A stretch of 63,939 nt of DNA, counting the filler, from Barthelona sp. PAP020 (Eukaryota): assembly GCA_040182905.1 (NCBI GenBank). It is 3 parts of 3 records of this genome, joined end to end, with 100 filler letters (N's around TTAATTAATTAA, not from the genome) between each part and the next. Parts side by side here need not be neighbours in the genome. Positions count along the whole stretch, not along the records: positions 24,797 to 49,459 come from JARQWU010000152.1; 2 more parts are not named here. The stretch is one strand, 5' to 3'. The translations under genes were made by a program, and so were the position numbers. Below are positions 32,907-42,776 of the stretch, one piece after another. The notes below the pieces were generated by a model that worked only from the letters and a program-made list of their open reading frames with translations, was not told the origin of the DNA and made no database searches. How positions within the stretch are numbered: position 1 is the stretch's first letter; each line of letters begins with the position of its first letter.

Positions 32907-34364
32907 ATGTTCGGTAATTTTTTTGGAGGTAACCAACAACCTCAACAACAACAACAACAAATGGGTTTTAATATGGGATTTGGACAACCTCAACAACAAC
33001 AACAAATGGGTTTTGGAATGAATCAACAACCTCAACAACAACAACAAATGGGTTTTGGAATGAATCAACAACCTCAACAACCTCAACAACCCCAACAAAA
33101 CTCAGGTTTTGGTGCTATGATGGGAAACATGATGGGAAACCTGTTTGGTGGTATTACTGGTGGTTCTAACCAACAAAGCAATCAATCAGCTCAGTCTGAA
33201 GATTTTGGTCCTTTGACTCCTGGACAAACTCCTAGTGAGATTCCTCAAATTCCCTTGATGTGGGAAGCTGATGTTGTTATGGAAATGCCTTTAATGCCTA
33301 TGCCTATGCAAGGTCATATTTATCATGACTTCGTTAATCAACGTGAACGTTTTGATGGATATGGTATGATTGATTACAAGTTCTTTGGTTTAAAGAAGGA
33401 AGTTAAGATGCCTATGAAAGAAATTGAAGATTTGGATAATGAAATGGGTTCATATGCTATCCCTCCTTTTGCTGAATTTAAGGGTTATCAAACATGTCGT
33501 GGAATTGAATGTCAGGTTTGGTATTTTGATTTCTTCAGTATGTTACCTACTACCATACACGTTAATGCTACTATGGGACAAGATGGAAAGATGGAATACA
33601 AGTTGGTGCATTCCTACACTAGATTCTTGGGAATGGATACCAACATGAAGTTTTCCAACTTCGTTGGACGTTATTTGGAAGATTCTTTGTTCCAATTACC
33701 CTTCCCCATTGTTCCTCCTCCTGCTGTTGTTCAAAACTTCTTCATTTATGATGCTACCAATAAGAAGCCTATTAATGGTACTTTTTCCATTCAGGGAAAC
33801 AATAACAATTATATGACTCAAGAACAAAAGAATTTCACAAAGGGAGAATGCAAGGTCCAAATTCCCCTTGGAGTCTTTGACATCAATGTTATGGCTGATG
33901 GATACATGCCTTATATTCAAAGAATTGAGCTTGCTTCTCCTAAGGCTACCACTATTTTCATGTGTCCCATCATGCAACCTAATCAAAAGCGTATTGTTTT
34001 GTCTTGGGGAGTTTGTCCCAGAGATTTGGATCTTTATGTTAGAGATATGGGTACTAATGAATTGGTTTATTACAAATCTCGTCATGCCAGTAATCTGCAC
34101 TTAGATATTGACGTTACCAGTGGTTGTGGTCCTGAAACTGTTACTTTGACTAATTGTATGAATCCTGTTAAGATCAGTGTTCATCAATTTTCATCTGATG
34201 GGTCTATTGTTGGTTCTGGTGCTACAATTACCATTTTTGGTGCTCAAGGAATTGAACATGTTATTCCTTTCGATCAACATCCCGTACTTGTTGAAGGTAA
34301 TAGATGGTGGCCTGTTGCCTTTTATAATCCTCAAACTAGTGAGATTAATCTTCGTTCTGAATAA
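32907..34364 (+). CDS. Q/G/M-rich N-terminus + ependymin/LolA-like domain + beta-sandwich + YfaP/DUF2135-like domain
   Basis: Repeats QQPQQQQQMGFGMN; GHIYHDFVNQRERFD...GYQTCRGIECQVW...FSNF...DSLFQLP; C-terminal RIVLSWGVCPRDLDLYV...LDIDVTSGCGPETVTL. Domain names are from motif recall, not a search. Confidence 0.7.
   Translation: MFGNFFGGNQQPQQQQQQMGFNMGFGQPQQQQQMGFGMNQQPQQQQQMGFGMNQQPQQPQQPQQNSGFGAMMGNMMGNLFGGITGGSNQQSNQSAQSEDFGPLTPGQTPSEIPQIPLMWEADVVMEMPLMPMPMQGHIYHDFVNQRERFDGYGMIDYKFFGLKKEVKMPMKEIEDLDNEMGSYAIPPFAEFKGYQTCRGIECQVWYFDFFSMLPTTIHVNATMGQDGKMEYKLVHSYTRFLGMDTNMKFSNFVGRYLEDSLFQLPFPIVPPPAVVQNFFIYDATNKKPINGTFSIQGNNNNYMTQEQKNFTKGECKVQIPLGVFDINVMADGYMPYIQRIELASPKATTIFMCPIMQPNQKRIVLSWGVCPRDLDLYVRDMGTNELVYYKSRHASNLHLDIDVTSGCGPETVTLTNCMNPVKISVHQFSSDGSIVGSGATITIFGAQGIEHVIPFDQHPVLVEGNRWWPVAFYNPQTSEINLRSE
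32932..33097 (+). repeat. Coding tandem repeat (CAACAACCTCAACAACAACAACAAATGGGTTTT...)
   Basis: Three imperfect units encoding QQPQQQQQMGF, followed by (QQP)n. Confidence 0.9.
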
Positions 34365-34589
34365 GTTTTTGCTTATTTGTAATTTTTGTTTATAATTAAT
34401 AAATTAAATGTGCTTTAAGTTGGTAAATAATTGTGAATGTTTTTTCTTTTTCTTGTGTTCAATCATTGTTTCATAAATTCTCTTGTTATGGCAATAAAAA
34501 AATCATAAATGGGGTATTTTTTCATTCAATTTTGGTTTTTTAGTTATTTCTTGTCAACAATTTTTACCGTTGAAGTTTATTTTATTTTT

Positions 34590-34690
34590 CTTCTTGCACG
34601 AAGATTTTCCAGAACTTACCCAAATCAGAGACTAGCAATCTCAGTTGACTAATAAATTACAAACCTTAATCTTGATTTTTTTCGGAGGGT
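34590..34690. repeat. Repeat A only (left end of composite cassette 2)
   Basis: CTTCTTGCACGAAGATTTTCCAGAACTTACCCAAATCAGAGACTAG... followed by GGGTGCCTTGTTAA as at 17040. Confidence 0.88.
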
Positions 34691-34705
34691 GCCTTGTTAA
34701 AGGGG

Positions 34706-35267
34706 CCTCTTTTTATAAAGAAAATAGCAATAATTGTTTTTAAAAAAGAAAAGTAAAGGAAGGAAACAGATCCCACAAGAAAGCTGCAAACAGCTGAAAT
34801 AGTATCTCAAAGATACCGAAAGGGTGCATTGTAAGTAACAAACCTGATAAAACATAAAATGAAGTTGCTAAAGGTAGATTCTATGGAAGGGTTCTGTGAA
34901 AGATATGGACACTTGAACATCGAACTCCCAATTTCACAAGAGGAATCGATAAGTATTTTGTTGCAAGAAAAAATCAGAGGAGATCTTACACCAAGAGTGA
35001 TCATGGGAATAGTAGCAACGGATGCTTCACCTTTAAAAAGGGATTGCGACAAAAACAAGCAACACCACGAGAATGCAGTCAAAATAGGCAGACTGTTCAA
35101 ACGATATTGCCCTTATAGAGTTACCACAATAAATGTTGCAAAATTAATAAAGATTGTGAGTCCCCTTGATCTTCTTTTCAACACAAACATCAATGTACTC
35201 TTTCAAACACAACAAAAGACAGGCCACTCTTGTTCAAGTCCTATATAAATGCACTTGAGATGATGCA
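34706..35267 (+). pseudogene. Second copy of degenerate ORF 'C'
   Basis: Homologous to 17445-18000; open over 34859-35248, with stops upstream. Confidence 0.5.
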
Positions 35268-35401
35268 TTATTAAATGAAAGAATTATGACGCTTTATAAA
35301 ATGAAAAGGTAAAACCTTGGAAATCGCCTTCTGCTGATGAAAAAGAAATTAGTGACACAAAAAAAATTTATAAAACGCATAAAGCCATCAGATCCTCAAA
35401 G

Positions 35402-36607
35402 CTACATACTGCTAAATCTGTGGTCAAGCATATTTCCACCATTAGCTGCATTATTTCGAACAATATCTATGTCAATTTGCATAAATTCATTGGCTTCTTC
35501 TGCTGAAAGACAAATTCCTGATGACAAAAGTTCAACAATGATAGTATCAGTGTGTTTTAATTGATAATTCGTGAGTAAATGTGATACAACATTACCATGA
35601 GGACGTGAGAGCTCAATTAGGTCTGATTTGTGAGTTTTAAGGACATCAACGAGATTTGAGATGTCAGAAATGATGTCAAACAATTTTATTGTGTTGTTTG
35701 AACAACTTCCATACGCTATTTGTGTCTTATCAGGGGATATAGCAAAGGAAAAACCGGAAGAGTCACAATTACAATGCACCTTTTGAATTTGCTGATGGGT
35801 TTCAACATTGAATGAGGTAATATAGCCATCACCAGACATAATAAGCAGGATATAGGGTGATAAAAAATGAAGACAATATACTGAACCACCCATATCAAAT
35901 GTATGAATGAGTGATCCGTCGTCCATGTTCCAGAGTTTGACTTTGTTCGATTGATCCCCAATAGCAATCATTCTTTCAGTTGGGTGGAAATCAATAGCTC
36001 TAATAAACCCACCTTGACTGAATGTACGAACAACAAACAAATCATCTGGGTCAACTAACTTGGCAATACCATCACTACCTCCAGTCAAAAGATATTTACC
36101 ATCCGTTGATAATTTCACTCTCCAAATCCAACCAGTCGGAATTCTCTTTTCCAAGACAATACTCCCATTATTTGTGTCACTTTTCGTAAGATTTCCATTA
36201 CGATCACCATAATATACATAATTTGAACAAGAAGAAAAACAAATTCCAAAAATATTAGTTCCACCATTCAATCTACACAAGACGGAGAAATCTGGAAGGC
36301 TGTATATAATGATAGACCTATCATCGGAACATGTTGCCAACTTCTGCCCATTTGGTGAAATGGAAATACCATAAACATAGTGTGTATGCTCTTTCAACAT
36401 ACGATTCAATGTTCCAGTTGCTACATCAATAACATGAACAGCTTGATAACTACCAACAACCAATTGTTTACCATTTGGCAAGTATTTACTGTCAAACAAA
36501 GAACTAGAAATCACATTTGAAATTTCACCCCCACTATTTTCATCAATATTTAGAGGAAATAAACCACGAATAAATCCTCCTATTTCACCAGTTAATTCAA
36601 CAGACAT
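35402..36607 (-). CDS. WD40-repeat protein with C-terminal NGGN domain (cassette copy 2)
   Basis: Paralog of 19195-20436; ends NAANGGNMLD followed by HRFSSM* created by the deletion junction. Confidence 0.9.
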   Translation of the reverse strand: MSVELTGEIGGFIRGLFPLNIDENSGGEISNVISSSLFDSKYLPNGKQLVVGSYQAVHVIDVATGTLNRMLKEHTHYVYGISISPNGQKLATCSDDRSIIIYSLPDFSVLCRLNGGTNIFGICFSSCSNYVYYGDRNGNLTKSDTNNGSIVLEKRIPTGWIWRVKLSTDGKYLLTGGSDGIAKLVDPDDLFVVRTFSQGGFIRAIDFHPTERMIAIGDQSNKVKLWNMDDGSLIHTFDMGGSVYCLHFLSPYILLIMSGDGYITSFNVETHQQIQKVHCNCDSSGFSFAISPDKTQIAYGSCSNNTIKLFDIISDISNLVDVLKTHKSDLIELSRPHGNVVSHLLTNYQLKHTDTIIVELLSSGICLSAEEANEFMQIDIDIVRNNAANGGNMLDHRFSSM

Positions 36608-36943
36608 AATAAACTAACAAAAAAAAAGAAATAAACAGAAAGTAGAAATTGACGATTGACGATTTACTAGAAATTTTCAACATTCTTCCAAAATTCAAAT
36701 TGCAAATATTCACCTCATCTCAATGAACGATGTTGACAAATATTCATTGGGTGCAGATGTTTTGTTTTCAGATTTGGTTGAACTCTTCTTTCTTTAATAC
36801 ATCTAAACTATGAGCTATACAACCTATTCGGGTGATTAAGGGTTATGGTATTAAATTATGGCTATTTTCTCTGTTTATTGGGTGGAATTGATGTTTGTAA
36901 CATTACACATTTAAATAAACTTCGATAATTTCTTTTCATTTTC

Positions 36944-37336
36944 CTTCAGGTACGAACCTTTTCCAGAACTTATCCAAATCAGAGACTGGGAAAACTTTGT
37001 TGACTAATAAATAATAAACCTTAATCTTTATTCTTTCCGGGGCTTCAGTGTTCCTGAAAGGAACCTCACTTTCTAAAGACCTACTCTTTCATAGGCTTTC
37101 GTAGGAGAGCTGCGCTTTATGAGGAGTGTGAAATACTGCATTACTAATTGCTCAAAAGAGCGTAACGCTCCGATATTTTGTAAGAATCCATCCTAATTAT
37201 GCAAGTTTTCATGCATTCACCGTGACAGGTCAAAACTTTGGGGGTAAGTTAAGGAAAAGTTCCGTACCTCGAGGGAAAAAGGAAGAATTAGAAAATTTCG
37301 ATTCGCTAAAAATGAATGGCTCGTCAACAACCCTCA
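36944..37336. mobile_element. Unclassified repeat element, full A+B copy 3
   Basis: Homologous to 13072-13460; best-preserved inverted repeat (36941-36964 versus 37253-37276, 19/24 matches by eye). Confidence 0.85.
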
Positions 37337-37482
37337 TTTTTTATTATTTTTTTTTCAGTAACCAAAAGCCCAACATGAATGAAAGAATAAAACAGCATGA
37401 TATTTATGAAGTATGGTCAATGAGTTGAGAATAAAAGAAAATTATACCTCTGTTTTTCGTCATCTTTGTTTTACTTTTCATT

Positions 37483-40400
37483 TTACTCAAATAATAAGTC
37501 CATCAATTCATGAGTTGAAAGATTCAACAAAGAGAAACCAAAAATACCAAAATTTTCAACATTCTTCAAAATATTGGTAATGTTTATTTTCAAATCAGCA
37601 ATTTGTTGAATCTTTCTTTGAATTTGTTCATCAACTACCGTAGAAATTTTAGATGCCAAAAAGGCTTTGAACATAAAGCTATCCAAATCAGTTGAATGTA
37701 TGTGTTTTAAATCATTGATAGCTAAGTTTTCTTTACCATTCAATACACCTAACAAAAATGTTAAATTTTTAAAACATTTCAAAGCAGGATATCTTTTCAA
37801 ATTTATCTTTTGATTTTCCAGTATTAAAGCCAGAATTAAATTGATCATGAAAGTAATTCTACCTTCCACTTTTAGCACATATTCATTATCTGACTTTTTT
37901 GTTTCTGAAATCAATAGACCTTCCAAATTATCGCCAATTATATTGTAAAAGACATTATGACTTGTGAAATGTCCAAGTAAATCAAGTATTCCTTGCGATA
38001 TATTGGTTGAATTATTTTTATAATTGATTGAAAATTCATTAATAAAATAACGATTCTTTTCATTTTCAAATATTTGAAATTTATCATTCAAATTATGTAT
38101 GAATTCATCATTATCGATCTTTTGAATATCATTATCGATAGAAATAATTCGTTTTTCTGTAAAATTTATTAAATATGTACATAAATCAGCAAATATTTGA
38201 AAATTTTGTTTGTGATTTGTTTTGGTTTTATTTTCGATGAATTGAGTTTCCAAACGTTTAAGAAATTCGTATATAACATTCATTGAGATTGATTTTTCTT
38301 CAATAGATATGTACAAAATTGATAAGCATAAATCATTAGACCCATCAATAGTTTCCAAAATATCTTTTGCTTTTTTATCACTGATATTCCTATTGTTATT
38401 AATCTTTTGTTGTTGTTGATGTTGTTCTTCTTCTTCTTCTTTTGCAAAAAAGAATCTTTTTAACCACAGTTTGAATTGAGTTTCAAAATAATCATTGTGA
38501 TTGTTATCATATTGCATGATACTGTCAAGTTTAGTAATATACACAATATTGCTAACAGCAGAGTATTGAACTGCAGTATCAATATCAATAGAACATGAAC
38601 ATTTACATATTCTTAAAACTTTTTGTAGCTCACAAAGCATTTTAGCAACCTTAACAACAATACTAAGCTTCAAATCCAAACAATGATTGATATAATATTT
38701 ACATTCTTTAGCTTGATCATCTAATCCTGCAATGTAAAAATAGTCACAAACATGTTGATCTTGATCAGAACTAATGTAACTTAAATAACTAGGATACATC
38801 TCAACAACTTCAAAATTACATGATTCATAACTGTTCATATAATAATGTCTGTAAATATTCTCCACACAGATTTTTTCGCTTGATTCTTCTTCATCATTTT
38901 CATCATCACGATCAGAATCAATCAATAACCTAATTTGACAATCAAGTTTGCTTTTATCCATAATGTTTGGACAATCAAATACTGATGGCAGAAAATTTAT
39001 AATATATTTGAAAATGTCAAAATTCACATATTGTTTTAAGTACTCTTCATATTCTTCTAATCTAAAAAGAAATGTTTCTTGCCAATTTGTTGTATTTGTA
39101 TCTCTTTCATTTTTTAAATCATGAATATCTTGACATAGCTGTTTCCACCAACGCAATTGCTCATGGAAACAACACAACAAAATATGAATAAGAAATGGTT
39201 GAAAATGTTTGAATTCAAGGAAAACAATTTCATTGGGAATATACTCATCTGATAATCGTTCTTGACATACTTCTTTAAAACAAGAAATATTTTTTGGGAA
39301 TTTTCCATCGCAAATATTCATAAAAGTTTCAAAAAAATAAGAATATTCCGTTCTATCCTTGTTATTGCAAATATTTTCAAATTTTTCCACCAAATTTTCA
39401 AAATTTTTATGTAAATTAATGAATTTTTCAACAGTATCAAAGACATGGTAATCATTACCTTGCATTGCAAAAATACAATCCAAAAAAGAAATAATTTCTT
39501 CACTTGAACAAATGTTTTTCAATAATTGAGGATTGGTTTCAATATTTTGGAAAATATTCAAAAGTTCTTTAATGTTTTGTAAAATGAACAGTCTTTCTTC
39601 ATATTTTTCATCATATATATTCATATTTTCTAATAAAATATCAATAGGTTGCTTATCAAACATACAACTATTTGTTACCAAAAGTTTTGAATGTTTTACA
39701 CACAAATCTTTGTTTAATCTGGCATAAAACTTGCGTTTTGCTGATTCTTTTCGCATAAAATCAACAAAAAACAAAAATATATCTTCAAAATAAATTTCAT
39801 TGTCATTCAATATTTCTGCTAGAATACTCGCTTCAGAATCTGTTTCAATAAACTTTTCAAATGTATATTTAACCAAACCTACTGAACTATTTTCAATTGA
39901 AGATGACTTTGATAAACGTTTAATATGTCGTATTTCATCAATATGCGTCTCATTAAAGTTTAAGCTTTCACAAATATTTAACATGTCTAAAACATTAACA
40001 ACATCATTATTTACACAAGAATAAAAAGTTAATATGCGTATATACTCATGTAAATTTCCACCATTTTCTTCATTCTTCTTTAATAATTTAGTAGTTAAAG
40101 GAATTTCATTCAAATAAGGTTGTTGAAATTCTTTATTAAAAACAAAAAGATTCTCAAACATTTCTTTGTCAATTTTCAATCCTTCTGTTAATAAATAAGC
40201 GCACATATTTGTTTGATTCTTATTAAAGGTTAAACAACTTAACAAAAAATTCCCATAACCAATTTTGTCAATATTATCTAAAATGGCTATTTGATAACTT
40301 TCTAATTGAATATTTTCCAAAGTTTTGTTGATTTTACAATCAAATTGAATCAAATCCACAAATATTTTGACAAAATCTTGCATTGATTCCTTATCTCTTA

Positions 40401-42333
40401 ACAAAGTAGTTCTATATTCTCTCATTTCTTTATGTTGATCAACGCTAGCATTTTTGTGGACTCCAGCATCAATATTTAAATAAGGATATAAAAGAACGAT
40501 TGTATTTTTCCTATCTTCCATCGTCATTTGTTTTTGAAGAATACCATCCTGCTTAAAACAACTTAAAAAATAAAATGCCCAAATATTACCATCATTGATC
40601 TGATTTTTCAACATTGAAATTAATATGAAATGTTGATTTTGTGCAATGAAAAACATGGTCTCTGATAATCGATTCCAAACCTTTTCGTTAATACATAAAC
40701 CATTTTGAAATAGAATATGTAAATGCTCATTGTTAAAAATATTGCTAGGCCAAAAATCTGTGTCAAGAAAAGAATACAATAGATTTGGGTTTTTTTTTGA
40801 CTCATTAACAAGTTTATTTATGAAACTAATTTGATTTTGGCTTTGATAACTTGTTTCCAACAATTTTTTGAATTCAAAACTGAACAATTGTTTGTTGTTT
40901 TCAGCAGATATATCAAATAAATACGCACAATCATAGAAAAAAACTAATTTGTCCATATTACAACTCAAATATTGATTTAAACCCGTTCTAACTTGTTTTA
41001 TTATTAAATTACTCACTATCTTGTTAAGTTCAACAATTTCTAAACGTTGTTGAGTGGAATTATCATATATTTCAAACCTTTCGTTACATGACTCAGTGTG
41101 AAAGAAAAAAACTATCTTTCTATTGTTATCAAACAAATGCATATCAATAACTTGTTCAGTAAAAGTGTAATCACATACAGGTACAACAAAACATGTCTGA
41201 TTGTCATCAATCGTTCCAGTGATTACAAATTGAAAGATTTTCACGCAATATTCGTAGTTTTTTCTATTATTAACCTTGAATTCACGACGAAAACACGACA
41301 AAATATATTTCCCATCCTTACTAAACTTGCTATATTGAGGCTTTATTTTTACATTATTTCTTTGAATTTCAATGTAAGAACCATCATTATTAACTTCTTT
41401 ACACAAAAATTTATCATTAAACTTTTCTAATTTATACAATTTGAAAATGCAATTCATGTCTGCATTCTTTGACAAGATAACAAAATTCTCAAAGATGTCG
41501 AAAGACGATATTAACTTGTTTCCATGTTCAAATAGACCAGTTTCCATACGTTGTAAGTCAGCTTCAGGATAGTATGATAAAAACTGATTTTGTTTAGGTG
41601 TCACAAATAGGTATGGTTCTCGACCTTTTCCCATATATACCATCCGAATGTATCCAGTTATATTAGCATCCGTCTTACAAAATTTTGTCTTTTTATCATA
41701 AAGAATAATACCTCCAAACGTAGAAATACAGATTAACTCATCGTTAACGTAACAATCATAAATTTCAGAGATCATGTCCTCATCAATCGTTTCAGAAGAT
41801 TTGTCAGCCCTTAATAGCTTCAATTCGGTGCATTCTCCTCGTCTTTCATCATAATGATACATACGAATATTTTCATTTTTTTTCCAAACAATTAGGTCAG
41901 ATTTGGAATCCACATTGTTTGATTGATAAAATCTTCCTGTTAATAAATCTACTTCACCATCATTATCATCAAGGTTATCACAAGGAACAACTACCTTTTC
42001 AGGTTTAGAAAATTGAATATCAGAAGGAATTTCAATTTTTTGACACTGGTCTTCTTCTTTACTGATTAAATATGGTAAAAGTTCAAACTTTTTCTTTTTT
42101 AATGCATTAAAAGTTGAATATTTGAAATCAAATTTTAATTCATATAATCTATCTAAAACTTTGAAAAATAATTTATCTACACATATATTTAATATTTTAA
42201 ATGCAAATAAATCATTATTAGGACAACGTCTTACACTATCTAATGAAATGATAATATCATCTTCATTAATATTGTCACTATTTAAACGTTCCAATATTCC
42301 ATTCCATAATATATCTTCATTTTCATTGGTCAT
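37483..42333 (-). CDS. Large protein: divergent beta-propeller + two NGGN domains + helical region
   Basis: ~1616 aa from ATG 42333 (the ORF-track start is GTG). KFSKDGKYILSC is a WD-like strand. Contains FINKLVNESKKNPNLL...LFQNGLCIN...KNQINDGNIWAF and LLTEGLKID...KNEENGGNLHEY. Confidence 0.8.
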   Translation of the reverse strand: MTNENEDILWNGILERLNSDNINEDDIIISLDSVRRCPNNDLFAFKILNICVDKLFFKVLDRLYELKFDFKYSTFNALKKKKFELLPYLISKEEDQCQKIEIPSDIQFSKPEKVVVPCDNLDDNDGEVDLLTGRFYQSNNVDSKSDLIVWKKNENIRMYHYDERRGECTELKLLRADKSSETIDEDMISEIYDCYVNDELICISTFGGIILYDKKTKFCKTDANITGYIRMVYMGKGREPYLFVTPKQNQFLSYYPEADLQRMETGLFEHGNKLISSFDIFENFVILSKNADMNCIFKLYKLEKFNDKFLCKEVNNDGSYIEIQRNNVKIKPQYSKFSKDGKYILSCFRREFKVNNRKNYEYCVKIFQFVITGTIDDNQTCFVVPVCDYTFTEQVIDMHLFDNNRKIVFFFHTESCNERFEIYDNSTQQRLEIVELNKIVSNLIIKQVRTGLNQYLSCNMDKLVFFYDCAYLFDISAENNKQLFSFEFKKLLETSYQSQNQISFINKLVNESKKNPNLLYSFLDTDFWPSNIFNNEHLHILFQNGLCINEKVWNRLSETMFFIAQNQHFILISMLKNQINDGNIWAFYFLSCFKQDGILQKQMTMEDRKNTIVLLYPYLNIDAGVHKNASVDQHKEMREYRTTLLRDKESMQDFVKIFVDLIQFDCKINKTLENIQLESYQIAILDNIDKIGYGNFLLSCLTFNKNQTNMCAYLLTEGLKIDKEMFENLFVFNKEFQQPYLNEIPLTTKLLKKNEENGGNLHEYIRILTFYSCVNNDVVNVLDMLNICESLNFNETHIDEIRHIKRLSKSSSIENSSVGLVKYTFEKFIETDSEASILAEILNDNEIYFEDIFLFFVDFMRKESAKRKFYARLNKDLCVKHSKLLVTNSCMFDKQPIDILLENMNIYDEKYEERLFILQNIKELLNIFQNIETNPQLLKNICSSEEIISFLDCIFAMQGNDYHVFDTVEKFINLHKNFENLVEKFENICNNKDRTEYSYFFETFMNICDGKFPKNISCFKEVCQERLSDEYIPNEIVFLEFKHFQPFLIHILLCCFHEQLRWWKQLCQDIHDLKNERDTNTTNWQETFLFRLEEYEEYLKQYVNFDIFKYIINFLPSVFDCPNIMDKSKLDCQIRLLIDSDRDDENDEEESSEKICVENIYRHYYMNSYESCNFEVVEMYPSYLSYISSDQDQHVCDYFYIAGLDDQAKECKYYINHCLDLKLSIVVKVAKMLCELQKVLRICKCSCSIDIDTAVQYSAVSNIVYITKLDSIMQYDNNHNDYFETQFKLWLKRFFFAKEEEEEQHQQQQKINNNRNISDKKAKDILETIDGSNDLCLSILYISIEEKSISMNVIYEFLKRLETQFIENKTKTNHKQNFQIFADLCTYLINFTEKRIISIDNDIQKIDNDEFIHNLNDKFQIFENEKNRYFINEFSINYKNNSTNISQGILDLLGHFTSHNVFYNIIGDNLEGLLISETKKSDNEYVLKVEGRITFMINLILALILENQKINLKRYPALKCFKNLTFLLGVLNGKENLAINDLKHIHSTDLDSFMFKAFLASKISTVVDEQIQRKIQQIADLKINITNILKNVENFGIFGFSLLNLSTHELMDLLFE

Positions 42334-42776
42334 TTTTAAATTGGACCAAAAATAAAAAATCACCCAATAATTTTCTAGTCTTTTAAACAGTTTCTTGAAA
42401 AAAAATTAGCAACAAATGCTATTGACCATATTTGTAAAAGATTGTGCGGGATTATATCTTTCGTTTATTTTATAAATAAGTGAAATTTTCCATTTTTCCC
42501 TTTTTTCAATGGATTTTTTAATTTATTGTTTTCACTAAACATGAAGAAAATCTTTCAAACTGACTTATGATTTGTATTGGATGATAAATAAAAACATACC
42601 TCGGCTTTTGCTTTGCAATTCTCAATTGGAATTTATGAAGATCAATAAGAATTTTTTCTTCAAAACAACTATTTATAAATTCTGTTTCTACATTTCCTGT
42701 TATGTTTTAAATATAATGTATAAATAATAAATAATAATAAATCAAACTTTATTTACGATTTGATGATGATTTGCCG

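Larger units (their letters stand above)
34590..37336. mobile_element. Composite cassette 2 (internally deleted derivative of cassette 1)
   Basis: Same order as 16944-21132 but lacking ~17060-17444 and ~18165-19270; junctions at ~34700-34706 and ~35423-35427. Confidence 0.75.
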
